Origin: Ignavibacteriota bacterium
GTDB taxonomy: Bacteria > Bacteroidota > Ignavibacteria > Palsa-1295
Length of the DNA: 64,000 nucleotides
Reading direction: 5' to 3'
Assembly (NCBI GenBank): GCA_963787835.1
Contig: CAWBEI010000002.1
Location: 192,001 to 256,000, forward strand
Position 1 is the stretch's first letter. Each line of letters starts with the position of its first letter. Both the position numbers and the translations under genes were made by a program. A model generated the notes under the pieces. That model made no database searches, had not been told where the DNA came from, and saw only the letters and a list, made by a program, of their open reading frames with translations. Of this stretch, positions 29,514 through 40,291 are shown in pieces.

Positions 29514-30749
29514 GTGAAAATCCTCCAGCTCACCCCTCGCATGCCCTACCCGCTCACTGATGGTGGCGCGATAGGGATTTTCAATATTACAAAATCGCTT
29601 GCGGAACTTGGGGAAGATATTACGCTTGTAACCTATCCTTTAGATGAAATAACTGCAACTCAGGATGCTGTACATGCGCTTTCGAAATTTTCGAAAGTAG
29701 AAATGGTCTCGAAGCCTTTGCCTCCGCGCTGGAACGTATTGACACGGACGATTTTCCACGGAGCATATCCCATTGAGCGCAGGATGATGCCAGAGATGTT
29801 CGATTTGCTAAGAAAAATAGTAGCGAGAGATAAATTCGATGTTGTGCATGTCGATCATTCCCACATGGGTAAATATGGCTTGTGGCTTAAACGTGAATTC
29901 GGACTCCCCGTCGTTCTTCGGGAACATAATTTTGAAGCCTTGATCTACGAGCGTTTTGCTCGCACAGAGCCAAATCCTTTGAAGCGCTTATTGGCTGGCA
30001 TCCATGGGCGGCGGCTAAAACAGGAAGAAATTCAATTTCTGAAAAATTTCGACGCTGTCGCCGCGATCACAAACGAAGACGCGGTGCTAATGCGCAGGGT
30101 CGCCCCGGAAGCGAAAATTCGCGTTATTCCTGCAGGGGTGGATACATCGTACTTCCAACCTTCGACCCAACCTGAAGACTCTAACCAGATCCTGTGGGTA
30201 GGCAGCCTCGGTTGGGATCCGAATTACGACGCTGTTCGGTATTTTCTTACGTCAATTTTTCCGATCATCCTTGAATCTAGTCCAGATGCAAAATTTGATG
30301 TGGTGGGTAATGAATCAGGTCGTGTCTCGAAATTCTCAGAGCGATTTGGAGCACGAGTACGGTTACTCGGACAAGTCCCAGATGTGCGTGACTATTTAGC
30401 CCGTTCTGCCGTTCTTGTGGTACCCCTGAGGATCGGTGGTGGAATGAGACTAAAATTACTCGATTTCTTTGCTGCCGGAAAAGCAGTGGTGACTACTTCC
30501 ATTGGATCCGAAGGTAATTTGGCTAAGGATTCCGTTGAGGTATTGATCCATGATGAACCTCGAGCCTTTGCAGCGGCAACATCCGAGCTTTTGAGGAATG
30601 CCGACATGCGACACAAGCTGGGAGGATCGGCAAGAAAACTTGTTATGCAAGAATATAGCTGGGAAAAAATAGGAGAAGATTTTATTGCGCTCTATCAATC
30701 AGCCCTCTCCAAGAGCACTGAGAGAATGCAAACTGCTACCTTAGAATAG
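29514..30749 (+). CDS. Glycosyltransferase family 4
   Basis: PYPLTDGG, EHNFE, VPDVRDYL, VVPLRIGGGMRLKLL, YSWE. Confidence 0.9.
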   Translation: MKILQLTPRMPYPLTDGGAIGIFNITKSLAELGEDITLVTYPLDEITATQDAVHALSKFSKVEMVSKPLPPRWNVLTRTIFHGAYPIERRMMPEMFDLLRKIVARDKFDVVHVDHSHMGKYGLWLKREFGLPVVLREHNFEALIYERFARTEPNPLKRLLAGIHGRRLKQEEIQFLKNFDAVAAITNEDAVLMRRVAPEAKIRVIPAGVDTSYFQPSTQPEDSNQILWVGSLGWDPNYDAVRYFLTSIFPIILESSPDAKFDVVGNESGRVSKFSERFGARVRLLGQVPDVRDYLARSAVLVVPLRIGGGMRLKLLDFFAAGKAVVTTSIGSEGNLAKDSVEVLIHDEPRAFAAATSELLRNADMRHKLGGSARKLVMQEYSWEKIGEDFIALYQSALSKSTERMQTATLE

Positions 30750-31946
30750 ATGATTTATCTTGCAGCAGGCTGCTTCCTCCTACTATTTTACTCCTACGTG
30801 GGGTTTCCGCTCCTTGTAGCACTTCTTGCGCGCCTTCGACCAAGCAGGTGGAGCGTGGATGAGACCTACCGTCCGACCGTTTCGATCATTTTGCCGGCTT
30901 TCAATGAAGCATTGGTCCTACGCAGATGTTTAGAATCTCTTCTCAGACAAAATTATCCACAAGAGAAAATTGAGATTCTCTGTGGATCGGACGGATCGAC
31001 CGACCAAACCAACGCTATCCTAAACGATATCGCCGAGCACCACTCAATAATCCGTCCTTTTTTCTTTCAACATCAACGCGGGAAGATGCTCACGTTAAAT
31101 GACTTGGTAGCCAAAGCTCAAAATGAAATTCTCCTTTTTGTGGATGCGGATGTTACTCTGAATCCGAATGCGGTGCTGAGTCATGTCAGGCACTATGTTG
31201 ATTCCACTGTTGGAGGAGTTGCCGGGCGACTTGTGATTGCCAGCGAACGAAAGGACGGGATCTTCCGCTCAGAATCTACCTTTCTTTCATTTGAGAGCAA
31301 TCTTCGGAGAAATGAAGCAGAAATCGGTTCGACGGTCGGCCTATATGGAGGTAACTATTCTATGCGTCATTCGCTTTGGAGGACACTGCCCAATGATCGC
31401 GTCCATGATGATTTCTTCGGGGTTCTTTCCATAATTGAGAAGGGACAGCGCCTACTTTTTGAGGAGGGTGCTGTCTCGACTGAACTCTACGCCAGAAATT
31501 ATCGAGACGAAGCGTCAAGAAAACGACGCAACCCAGCCAGGGGACTCTATACTCTCACGCTTATGCCAGACATGATTTTTCATGGCATCGGAGCTTGGAT
31601 GTTGTGGCCTCACAAGATCTTACGTTGGACCACCGGATTTCTCGGACTCGGAGCGGTCGTTGGAAGCGTTGGAGCCTATTTGAATGGCAATCATTGGCTA
31701 CTTCCGCTAGTACTAATCGAGGGCTTTTGCATCATTTTGGTTCTTTTGGGTGGACTAACGCGGAACCTCAAGCATCCAATACCTATTGCAAGTGGACTCT
31801 ACTGGTTTTTCAGTATGAATGTCGCGTTCACATTGGGAGTAATTGATTTTTTGCTAGCTCGGCAAAACCCGATATGGAATCAGACCACGAGGCTCAGCGA
31901 TATCTCTCACAGTAAGGTCGTCGAGCAGGAGGCGATCCATTCGTGA
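30750..31946 (+). CDS. Glycosyltransferase family 2 (membrane-associated)
   Basis: ILPAFNE, SDGSTDQT, RGKM, FVDAD, HDDF; N- and C-terminal TM segments. Confidence 0.88.
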   Translation: MIYLAAGCFLLLFYSYVGFPLLVALLARLRPSRWSVDETYRPTVSIILPAFNEALVLRRCLESLLRQNYPQEKIEILCGSDGSTDQTNAILNDIAEHHSIIRPFFFQHQRGKMLTLNDLVAKAQNEILLFVDADVTLNPNAVLSHVRHYVDSTVGGVAGRLVIASERKDGIFRSESTFLSFESNLRRNEAEIGSTVGLYGGNYSMRHSLWRTLPNDRVHDDFFGVLSIIEKGQRLLFEEGAVSTELYARNYRDEASRKRRNPARGLYTLTLMPDMIFHGIGAWMLWPHKILRWTTGFLGLGAVVGSVGAYLNGNHWLLPLVLIEGFCIILVLLGGLTRNLKHPIPIASGLYWFFSMNVAFTLGVIDFLLARQNPIWNQTTRLSDISHSKVVEQEAIHS

Positions 31947-33421
31947 CGCAACGCAAGGAATTTGCACTCCTCGTCGTAGGAGATTTTATCGCCTTGAACG
32001 CAGCATGGTTTGCCTTCTACTGGCTGCGCGTTGACTCGGGTTGGTTTATGTTCCGCCGGGGTGCCAGTGACCTTACTCCTGCCCTCTTGCCAGAATCTGC
32101 ACTCTTGCTATATCTTTTTTGGATGATCCTGTTCCTATTCTTCGGGCTGTATCGTCCGTGGTATGTACGAGCGCCGTTTGATGAGATCATCACGATCTTG
32201 AAAACCCTTGGCGTAGGCACCATACTCCTGTCGATCCTTATCTGGTGGGATCCCTGGAATACACTCAGCCCTTCATCCAATGATCCCCGCCTTTTGGGAT
32301 TGACCTATTGGCTCATTACTGCGGTCTTATGTGTCGCTGTTCGTTCACTCATCCGAAGTGGCCAACGGCGACTTCTTGAATCTGGCGTAGGAACCCGACT
32401 ATCTATCGTGGTCGGTGATCCCGAAAAGGCAAGAGATCTTGCCGCGCGAGTAGCGCATTATCCGCGTTTGGGGTATGAAGTCATTGGATTCGTCCATCCC
32501 TATTCCAATGGCAAAAGTGCTAATCCTGCTGGATTTAGCATTGAGCAGCGAAACGGGAAGCGCGGACACAAGCCGAAAATTGTTGAGGTTCCGAACCTCG
32601 GTACAACAGAAGAACTTGAAGCGGTCATAGACAAGCATGGGATTAAAGAAGTACTGATCGCTCTTGGCTCCGATGAACATGAAAAGCTGATCGATGTGAT
32701 CGCTCGAGCATCGAAATCGAATGCCGGCCTCAAAATTGTGCCTGATCTCTACGATATTGTCTCAGGCCAGGCGCGTGCGCGTGAAATATACGGCTTTCCG
32801 CTTATCGATGTGAATCCTGTTCTGCTACGACCCTGGGAAGAAGCTGCAAAACGAACGCTTGACGTAGTAGTGAGTTTAATGCTGCTTCTGCTTGGAAGCC
32901 CGATCATCATCGCTACAGCCATTGCAATAAAAATGACATCGAGCGGGCCACTTATCTACTCGCAGGAGCGCGTAGGCAAAGATGGCAAGCGCTTTCGCAT
33001 CTTTAAATTCAGGTCGATGTATGTCAATGCCGAGCAGGCGGGACCGCAATGGGCATCGAAGAACGATCCTCGCGTGACACCGCTTGGTCGTTTCCTAAGA
33101 AAATCACATCTGGATGAAGTACCACAGCTCTGGAATGTGTTAAAGGGAGATATGTCATTGGTTGGCCCCAGACCCGAACGAGAATTCTTTGTTAAGCAAT
33201 TGATCGAAGAAATTCCGTATTACAATCGCCGGCATCGAGTCCGGCCCGGTGTAACCGGTCTTTATCAGGCGATGGTCGATAAATACGACGAGAATCTCGA
33301 TGATGTTCGCCAGCGGGTCAAGTACGATCTGATGTACATTGAATCCATGTCATTCCGATTGGATGTGAAGATCCTATTCCGCACCGGCTATATGATGTTT
33401 CGAGGTAAAGGACAAGCTTAG
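31943..33421 (+). CDS. Undecaprenyl-phosphate sugar phosphotransferase (WcaJ/WbaP-like initiating PGT)
   Basis: KRTLDV, FKFRSM, DPRVTPLGRFLRKSHLDEVPQLWNVLKGDMSLVGPRPE, RPGVTG. Confidence 0.93.
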   Translation: MTQRKEFALLVVGDFIALNAAWFAFYWLRVDSGWFMFRRGASDLTPALLPESALLLYLFWMILFLFFGLYRPWYVRAPFDEIITILKTLGVGTILLSILIWWDPWNTLSPSSNDPRLLGLTYWLITAVLCVAVRSLIRSGQRRLLESGVGTRLSIVVGDPEKARDLAARVAHYPRLGYEVIGFVHPYSNGKSANPAGFSIEQRNGKRGHKPKIVEVPNLGTTEELEAVIDKHGIKEVLIALGSDEHEKLIDVIARASKSNAGLKIVPDLYDIVSGQARAREIYGFPLIDVNPVLLRPWEEAAKRTLDVVVSLMLLLLGSPIIIATAIAIKMTSSGPLIYSQERVGKDGKRFRIFKFRSMYVNAEQAGPQWASKNDPRVTPLGRFLRKSHLDEVPQLWNVLKGDMSLVGPRPEREFFVKQLIEEIPYYNRRHRVRPGVTGLYQAMVDKYDENLDDVRQRVKYDLMYIESMSFRLDVKILFRTGYMMFRGKGQA

Positions 33422-33422
33422 T

Positions 33423-33457
33423 AATTAAGAAGTAAGAATTAGCAATTAAGAATTAGC
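33423..33457 (+). repeat. Five tandem heptamers filling most of the intergenic gap
   Basis: AATTAAG AAGTAAG AATTAGC AATTAAG AATTAGC. Confidence 0.8.
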
Positions 33458-33462
33458 AACAA

Positions 33463-34599
33463 ATGAGCGTAACAGAAGTAGAAATTCCTACAAAACCGAT
33501 TCAGATGGTCGATGTCATCGGACAATACCGGCGATATCAGGAGGAAATTGATAGCGCCGTATTGGAAGTTGTTCGCAGCGGGAAGTATATCAACGGCCCG
33601 TATGTGCAACGTTTTGAACATGCAATGGAGAATTATCTCGGCGTCAAGCACGCCATCGCGTGTGCATCAGGGACCGATGCATTGCAACTCACGCTCATGG
33701 CTATCGACCTTGAGCCCGGTGATGAGGTGATCACCACTCCTTTTACCTTCGCCGCCACAACGGAAACCATTGCACTTCTGCGTGGTAAGCCCGTGTATGT
33801 GGATATTGATCCCTCAACATTTAATCTTGATGTCGAGCAGATCGAATCGAAAATAACCCCTCGCACACGGGCTATCCTACCTGTTCATCTCTTTGGACAG
33901 GCAGCAAACATGAACCGCATTTCTGAGATCGCGCACAAGCATAATCTTATCGTTATTGAAGATGCTGCTCAGGCAGTGGGGGCGAAATGGGAAGGGAAAA
34001 TGGTCTGCGGGATCGGCGATATGAGTGCAATTTCGTTTTATCCTTCTAAAAATCTTGGGGCTTTCGGTGATGGCGGCATGGTGACAACGAATGATGACAA
34101 ACTTGCTCATGCCATGCGTACTATTGCCAATCATGGCTCAGAGCGTGCATATTACCATGATAGACTTGGTGTAAACTCACGGCTTGATGCGATACAGGCT
34201 GCGATCTTGAATGTAAAACTCCCTCATCTCGATGAATGGAACACCGCCCGGTCAAAAGCAGCGGATACCTATTCCGCGCTTTTTGAAGATTATTCCGAAC
34301 TGGTGCAAACGCCATTTGTTGATAGTCGCGCCACTTCCATCTGGCATCAATATTCCATTATTCTCTCATCCGGACGTGAGCAAGTTGCACAACATCTTCG
34401 AGAAACAGGCATCCCTCACGGCATATACTATCCTGTTCCATTACACCTTCAAAAAGCCTATGCTGAAGGAAAACGAGGCGATTTCCCACACTCCGAGTTC
34501 TCAGCAGATCATATTCTTTCGATTCCGATGCATTCTGAGCTTACGAGTGCGGAAATGGAATATATCGCAAGTCATGTTCTGGAGGGATTAGGAGTTTAA
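33463..34599 (+). CDS. DegT/DnrJ/EryC1/StrS family sugar aminotransferase
   Basis: ASGTDAL, PVHLFGQ, IEDAAQAVG, SFYPSKNLGAFGDGG, NSRLDAIQAA. Confidence 0.93.
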   Translation: MSVTEVEIPTKPIQMVDVIGQYRRYQEEIDSAVLEVVRSGKYINGPYVQRFEHAMENYLGVKHAIACASGTDALQLTLMAIDLEPGDEVITTPFTFAATTETIALLRGKPVYVDIDPSTFNLDVEQIESKITPRTRAILPVHLFGQAANMNRISEIAHKHNLIVIEDAAQAVGAKWEGKMVCGIGDMSAISFYPSKNLGAFGDGGMVTTNDDKLAHAMRTIANHGSERAYYHDRLGVNSRLDAIQAAILNVKLPHLDEWNTARSKAADTYSALFEDYSELVQTPFVDSRATSIWHQYSIILSSGREQVAQHLRETGIPHGIYYPVPLHLQKAYAEGKRGDFPHSEFSADHILSIPMHSELTSAEMEYIASHVLEGLGV

Positions 34600-34614
34600 T
34601 CATTTCCCTTACTC

Positions 34615-35358
34615 ATGGCGCGAGCACTGATCATCATACCGACTTATAACGAGCAGGAGAATATCGTCCGGCTCGTGCATGAGATATTTTCTCAGCAGCC
34701 ACGTTGCCCGGATGTTGCGCTGAGCATCCTCATTGTCGATGACAATTCTCCCGATGGAACCTCGGACATTGTACGTGATCTTCAGGCGCGAGAAGATCCG
34801 GAGTTCAGCCGTATTCATTTACTGACCCGCCCAGCCAAAATGGGATTGGGAACTGCGTATGTGACCGGATTTAAGTATGGGGTCCGCGAAGGATTCGACT
34901 ACGTTTTTGAAATGGATGCGGATTTTTCGCACGATCCGAAAGAGATCCCAAATTTTCTGCATGAGATCGAGAACTATGACCTTGTGATCGGCTCGCGCTA
35001 TATTCCCGGTGCTCATGTAACCAACTGGCCTAAACGCAGGCTCTTGCTTTCCTATAATGCGAACGTGTATGCCCGAATCATCACCGGCATACCGGTGCGC
35101 GATGCGACCGGAGGTTTTAAATGTTTTCGTCGCAACGTGCTTGAAGCGATCGACCTGGATGACATTCGCTCCAATGGCTATGCGTTCCAGATCGAAATGA
35201 ACTTCCGCGCATGGCGCAAAGGGTTTCGTATCAAGGAGATCCCCATCACGTTCGCGGATCGCCTCGCCGGTGCTAGTAAAATGAGCAGATCGATCGTTCG
35301 CGAAGCCGTTGGGATGGTCTGGAAATTGAAGGCACGCGCAATTTCAGGAGAGCTTTAA
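34615..35358 (+). CDS. Polyprenol monophosphomannose synthase (Dpm1-like GT2)
   Basis: IPTYNE, VDDNSPDGT, GLGTAY, EMDADFSHDP, DATGGFKCFRR, SNGYAFQIE. Confidence 0.9.
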   Translation: MARALIIIPTYNEQENIVRLVHEIFSQQPRCPDVALSILIVDDNSPDGTSDIVRDLQAREDPEFSRIHLLTRPAKMGLGTAYVTGFKYGVREGFDYVFEMDADFSHDPKEIPNFLHEIENYDLVIGSRYIPGAHVTNWPKRRLLLSYNANVYARIITGIPVRDATGGFKCFRRNVLEAIDLDDIRSNGYAFQIEMNFRAWRKGFRIKEIPITFADRLAGASKMSRSIVREAVGMVWKLKARAISGEL

Positions 35359-35361
35359 GAC

Positions 35362-37404
35362 ATGGATCTTTCGATCATTATTGTCAGCTACAATGTGAAG
35401 GAATTCCTTCGCGGCGCGATCGCAAGCGCTCAGCGCTCGCTTGCGGCTGGTGAGATCGAGGGTGAAATTATCGTGGTCGATAACAATTCTTCCGACGGCA
35501 GCGTCGCAATGGTGCGCTCTGAGTTTCCAGAAGTCCTGTTGCATGCATTGGACGAGAATATTGGATTTGGGCGCGCAAACAATCTTGCACTAAAAGAAGC
35601 TAAAGGAAATTTCCAACTCCTTTTGAATCCGGACACGATCCTTGGTGAAGAAACGCTTCGAACCATGCTCGATTTTATGCGGTCACATCCTGGTGCCGGG
35701 TTAGCAGGATGTAAATTGCTTAATGGCGATGGCACATTTCAGCTTAGCTGCCGCCGAGGATTTCCCACCCCATGGGCAAGTTTTACAAAGCTCTTTGGCT
35801 TAGCCAGTCTGTTCCCAAATTCTAAGCTGTTTGCCCGATATAATCTTACCTATCTGCCTATCGATGCGACTTATGAAGTCGATGCCCTTGGGGGAGCTTT
35901 TATGATGATTTCCCGTGCAGCGTTAGAGGCAACAAAAGGCTTCGACGAAGATTTTTTCATGTATGGGGAGGACATCGATCTTTGCTTTCGAGCTAAGAAG
36001 GCTGGCTTTAAGATCTTTTACGTAAACACAACTGCAACAATCCATTTTAAAGGTGAATCGACGAGGCGCAGCGCGATTAATGAACTTCAGGTATTTTATG
36101 AAGCGATGCATGTTTTTGTCAAGAAACACTATCATGCCTCGTTTATATTTAATCTGCTCCTTCGGCTTGGAATTTTCCTTAGACGGGCAATCGCACTCGC
36201 CAGACGTCATCGGAGTTCGATCGCTCTTGTCGTATTAGACTATCTTGTGATTGGGCTAAGTGTGCTCATCGGTTCCAAAATCCTTTTGGGAACATGGCTT
36301 GGTTTACCGCAATGGGATTACCCATTTGCATATCTGATCCCACCGATTATCGTAGTTACGCTCCTCGCCGCACTGAAAGCATATCATCCAACACGTTGGG
36401 GTAGCATGAGGCCCGTTGTGATTGCCATCCCCGCAATCCTCATCGGACTCTCTTCACTCACGTATTTCTTTAAGGAATTTCCGGCAAGCCGAAGCTTTGT
36501 GGTCATGGTTACGCTCGTGACTGGTGCAATGTTGCTGCTCGATCGAGGCTTACTCAGAGCAACCCGGTGGTTTATTCGGGGAACTGGAACCTCAGCAACA
36601 CCACAATTAAGGAGAACCTTGATCGTGGGAGCAAACGAAGAGGGTTTGCGCATTGCTTCGCTACTGACACGCTTGGAATTTCTCCGCCGATTTGAGGTGG
36701 TCGGACTTATCAACAGCACCCTTGAGCGGCTGAATACCGAAGTACAACCGGGCTTGCGAATCCTTGGCGATACCAACATGATCGCAAAGGTCGTTCGTGA
36801 TAAGAAGGTTATAGAAGTTATTTTCGCAAGTGGTGCGGTGCCTTATACGGAAGTATTAGCGATAATGCAAAGGACCTCTTCCGAAAACCCCTCCTTGCGA
36901 GTTAATTTTTCCATGGTTCCCGCCGCAAGCGATGTCCTACTCGGTAAACAGAATATCGAGTTGTTGTCAGAAGTAGCGAGAGAGCCGCTTGCATTGCTGC
37001 CAGTTGCATATAATCTCGATCGCCTTTCGCATCGTCTTGCAAAACGCACGCTCGATATATTTGTAAGTGGCATAGCACTACCGGGTCTTGCTCTTGCTTC
37101 TTTTTTGCATCCAACCGAAATTCTGCGCAAACGTACAAATGTATGGGTCGATATTTTTCGAGGGAGACGAACGCTGGTCGGTGTTGAGGGATATTTCGAT
37201 CGAGAGGCCTACTACCCCAAACCCGGTCTAACCAGTTTAGCAGCAGTTGCTGCAAAAAGCACCCCACGTGAGGAGGATATTCAGCAGTTCGACCAGTACT
37301 ATGCGCGAAACCATACTATCGCCATGGACTGTGAGATTTTATTCAAAGCGATCTTCACAAGGCCCACGACTTTATTGACCAGCACATCACGAAGGAGAGC
37401 ATAA
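35362..37404 (+). CDS. GT2 glycosyltransferase fused to TM, CoA-binding-like and degenerate sugar-transferase domains
   Basis: N-terminal [36 protein letters not shown]; C-terminal AKRTLDI...LVG...KPGLT. Confidence 0.85.
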   Translation: MDLSIIIVSYNVKEFLRGAIASAQRSLAAGEIEGEIIVVDNNSSDGSVAMVRSEFPEVLLHALDENIGFGRANNLALKEAKGNFQLLLNPDTILGEETLRTMLDFMRSHPGAGLAGCKLLNGDGTFQLSCRRGFPTPWASFTKLFGLASLFPNSKLFARYNLTYLPIDATYEVDALGGAFMMISRAALEATKGFDEDFFMYGEDIDLCFRAKKAGFKIFYVNTTATIHFKGESTRRSAINELQVFYEAMHVFVKKHYHASFIFNLLLRLGIFLRRAIALARRHRSSIALVVLDYLVIGLSVLIGSKILLGTWLGLPQWDYPFAYLIPPIIVVTLLAALKAYHPTRWGSMRPVVIAIPAILIGLSSLTYFFKEFPASRSFVVMVTLVTGAMLLLDRGLLRATRWFIRGTGTSATPQLRRTLIVGANEEGLRIASLLTRLEFLRRFEVVGLINSTLERLNTEVQPGLRILGDTNMIAKVVRDKKVIEVIFASGAVPYTEVLAIMQRTSSENPSLRVNFSMVPAASDVLLGKQNIELLSEVAREPLALLPVAYNLDRLSHRLAKRTLDIFVSGIALPGLALASFLHPTEILRKRTNVWVDIFRGRRTLVGVEGYFDREAYYPKPGLTSLAAVAAKSTPREEDIQQFDQYYARNHTIAMDCEILFKAIFTRPTTLLTSTSRRRA

Positions 37405-38438
37405 TGGCAAAAACAATTCTTGATTTCGAAAAACCGCTTGAAGATCTTGAGAACAAATATGAAGAGATGCGCAAGCTTTCCGAAACCGTTGAACTAACTT
37501 CAGAGATGGCGGCAATGCGATCAAAGATCGAGGACCTGACTCGTGAAATATATCAACACCTAACACGATGGCAACGTGTGCAGGTAGCGCGCCATCCGGA
37601 TCGACCCTATACCCTTGATTATATTCATGGACTTACATCCGATTTTACCGAACTTCACGGAGACCGCGGCGTACGTGACGACCCCGCCATTGTTGGTGGA
37701 TTTGGAACGCTCGATGAAATAGGAAGTGTCATGTGGATCGGTCATCAAAAGGGGCGCGACACGAAGCAAAACGTCTATCGGAATTTTGGCATGCCAAACC
37801 CAGAAGGGTACCGCAAGGCGTTGCGGCTGATGAAACTTGCCGAAAAATTTGGCAAACCGATTGTTACGTTACTCGATACCCCCGGAGCGTATCCCGGTAT
37901 CGAAGCCGAAGAACGTGGACAGGCTGAAGCTATTGCTCGGAATTTATTTGAAATGGCCCAACTTAAAGTACCGATTGTTGTTGTAATCATCGGTGAAGGG
38001 GCGTCCGGCGGAGCGTTAGGCATTGGTTTGGGTGACAGGGTTTTGATGCTTGAAAATTCATGGTATAGTGTTATTTCTCCAGAAAGCTGCTCCTCCATTC
38101 TTTGGAGAAGCTGGAATTTCAAAGAGCAGGCCGCAGAAGCATTAAAACTTACCGCGACGGACCTGCTGGCTTATGGTATCATCGACCGCATTATACCAGA
38201 GCCGCTTGGTGGTGCGCACCGCTCACCGGAAACGATGTTCGAAACCCTCAAAGAGATTTTGCTCGAAGAACTTCGTGGGCTCACCGATCTATTTGAGATA
38301 GAATCTACTTCCGCTCTGGACCGAAGAACGGAAAAATTTTCCAGAATGGGAATATGGACTGAAGACCCTTTCGCATCGGTTGACCCAACTGCGATGGAAA
38401 TTATCGCAGTTGAGGCTATCGCCAATGAAGAACCATAA
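37404..38438 (+). CDS. accA: Acetyl-CoA carboxylase carboxyltransferase subunit alpha
   Basis: [49 protein letters not shown]. Confidence 0.97.
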   Translation: MAKTILDFEKPLEDLENKYEEMRKLSETVELTSEMAAMRSKIEDLTREIYQHLTRWQRVQVARHPDRPYTLDYIHGLTSDFTELHGDRGVRDDPAIVGGFGTLDEIGSVMWIGHQKGRDTKQNVYRNFGMPNPEGYRKALRLMKLAEKFGKPIVTLLDTPGAYPGIEAEERGQAEAIARNLFEMAQLKVPIVVVIIGEGASGGALGIGLGDRVLMLENSWYSVISPESCSSILWRSWNFKEQAAEALKLTATDLLAYGIIDRIIPEPLGGAHRSPETMFETLKEILLEELRGLTDLFEIESTSALDRRTEKFSRMGIWTEDPFASVDPTAMEIIAVEAIANEEP

Positions 38439-38453
38439 GGATATTCTGAAAGA

Positions 38454-38990
38454 TTGCGCTCCACTTCTCGTATGCCGCTCTTTACAGGCCTTCTTTTAAT
38501 CTTTATTATTTTGGCAATAGTGCCTTTAGCATTCCGCAATAACGGCGCGAGGGAATCACGATGGCAAAAGGAATGGAACGAAAGAAAAATGATAATTGGC
38601 GCTCAAATTTGCGAAGCAGCGGGAATGGATACCTTCGGTATCAAACTCGATCATTCAATTGAAAGCATTGCTCAGCTTGACTTGCTGATCACAAAAGGCT
38701 GGGGTAACAAATCAATTTCCGTGACCTCTCCAATGAAGGATTCAAACAATCTGATTTTTGTTTTTGCCGCTTATCTCGGAGATGTTTTTGTCCAGCATAA
38801 AAATGCGTCATGGCAGTTGGAGAGTGAGCACGCTGTACTTTATTTTCGAAATTTGAAACGAATGGCCTATCCATTCGAACTTATCACACAGAAGATGCGT
38901 GAACCCAGCGAAATTGATCTGGTGGAGGAGACATCGAACTGGCTAAAACCACCAATTCAAGAGGACGGCAATGGAACCACATCATCCTGA
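38454..38990 (+). CDS. Membrane-anchored hypothetical protein
   Basis: N-terminal TM; LDHSIESIAQLD...AAYLGDVF...W pattern; operonic position between accA and the thioesterase. Confidence 0.65.
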   Translation: MRSTSRMPLFTGLLLIFIILAIVPLAFRNNGARESRWQKEWNERKMIIGAQICEAAGMDTFGIKLDHSIESIAQLDLLITKGWGNKSISVTSPMKDSNNLIFVFAAYLGDVFVQHKNASWQLESEHAVLYFRNLKRMAYPFELITQKMREPSEIDLVEETSNWLKPPIQEDGNGTTSS

Positions 38991-39411
38991 TTCCCACCTC
39001 ATCGAACATACCACAATGATCCGAGTTCGATATGCGGACACAGATCAAATGGGGATGGTCTATTACGGGAAATATTTCGAGTATTTCGAAGTAGCGCGCA
39101 CCGAAATGCTGAGAGCATGCGGACTTCCCTACGCAGAGATCGAAGCTGCCGGTTATTGGCTCCCAGTTTCCGACGCAAGCATAAGATACCTTCGATCCGC
39201 GAAATACGATGACCTGCTTCGTGTCATTGCGCGCATGCCTGCATCTGTTAGCCCACGGTTAGAAATTTCCTACGAAGTTCGCTTAGATTCAACAGGTGAA
39301 TTGATCGCCGAAGGCACAACAACCCTCGTCATGGTATCAAGCGCAACAGGGAAACCTACACGTCCACCACAAATATATCGCGATGCCATCGAACGACATG
39401 CAACCACTTAG
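38971..39411 (+). CDS. Acyl-CoA thioesterase (YbgC/4HBT family)
   Basis: RVRYADTDQMGMVYYGKYFEYFEVAR, YDD. Confidence 0.92.
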   Translation: MEPHHPDSHLIEHTTMIRVRYADTDQMGMVYYGKYFEYFEVARTEMLRACGLPYAEIEAAGYWLPVSDASIRYLRSAKYDDLLRVIARMPASVSPRLEISYEVRLDSTGELIAEGTTTLVMVSSATGKPTRPPQIYRDAIERHATT

Positions 39412-40285
39412 TGACATCGAACGCCAGCGCATACGAATCGCCCTCGTCGAAGATGGAGGCCGCGAGGACGTAACTACGCTCGCGACCATCGATGAAGATG
39501 AGGAAGGTATCGGAACATTTATTGCGAAGGCCCATGGTGTTGTTGCCGGTATTGACATTGCACGCCACAGCTTTTCTTTGTACGAAATAGTCCACGGTAA
39601 ATTCTCGACAGCTTTTGAATTTGAATCGATCTGTGAAGATGGTGATGCTGTCCGAGTTGGGGATGTGCTGGGTACGATTCGCGCCCGGATGCATACACTA
39701 CTTGGAGCAGAACGTGTCGCTCTGAATTTTTTACAGCGCATGTCCGGTATTGCTACGCTGACTCGTTCTTTTGTGGATGCTATCGCAGGAACCGGCGCGA
39801 CCATACTCGATACACGTAAAACTGCCCCACTGCTGCGCCCTTTCGACCGTTACGCTGTTCGAGCAGGTGGTGGCACGAATCACCGATATTCGCTGAGCGA
39901 CATGGTTCTCGTAAAAGATAACCATATCGCTGCGAACGATGGCGATATCGGACTGGTAATTGCGAAACTTATCAAGTTCTTTGCAAATCCAGAACGGGCC
40001 GTCGTTCCCGTGGAGTTCGAGGTAACATCACTCGACCAATTCGAGGAAGTTCTTCGCCTCGGCCCTGGAATTATTGATCGAGTCCTGTTCGATAATTTTG
40101 AACTTGAAAGGCTTCATGAAGCGATCCGAATGAATAATGGAATATTCGAAACAGAAGCATCCGGGGGTGTGAATCTTGAGACTGTCCGTGCTATTGCGGA
40201 AACGGGGGTGAACTTTATTTCGGTTGGAGCGCTCACACATTCGGTTCGCGCTCTCGACATTTCGTTAGAGATCGAACCTTCCTGA
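39398..40285 (+). CDS. nadC: Nicotinate-nucleotide diphosphorylase (carboxylating)
   Basis: ERVALNFLQRMSGIAT, LDTRKT, NHRYSLSDMVLVKDNH, EASGG, ISVGALTHS. Confidence 0.96.
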   Translation: MQPLSDIERQRIRIALVEDGGREDVTTLATIDEDEEGIGTFIAKAHGVVAGIDIARHSFSLYEIVHGKFSTAFEFESICEDGDAVRVGDVLGTIRARMHTLLGAERVALNFLQRMSGIATLTRSFVDAIAGTGATILDTRKTAPLLRPFDRYAVRAGGGTNHRYSLSDMVLVKDNHIAANDGDIGLVIAKLIKFFANPERAVVPVEFEVTSLDQFEEVLRLGPGIIDRVLFDNFELERLHEAIRMNNGIFETEASGGVNLETVRAIAETGVNFISVGALTHSVRALDISLEIEPS

Positions 40286-40291
40286 ACAATA

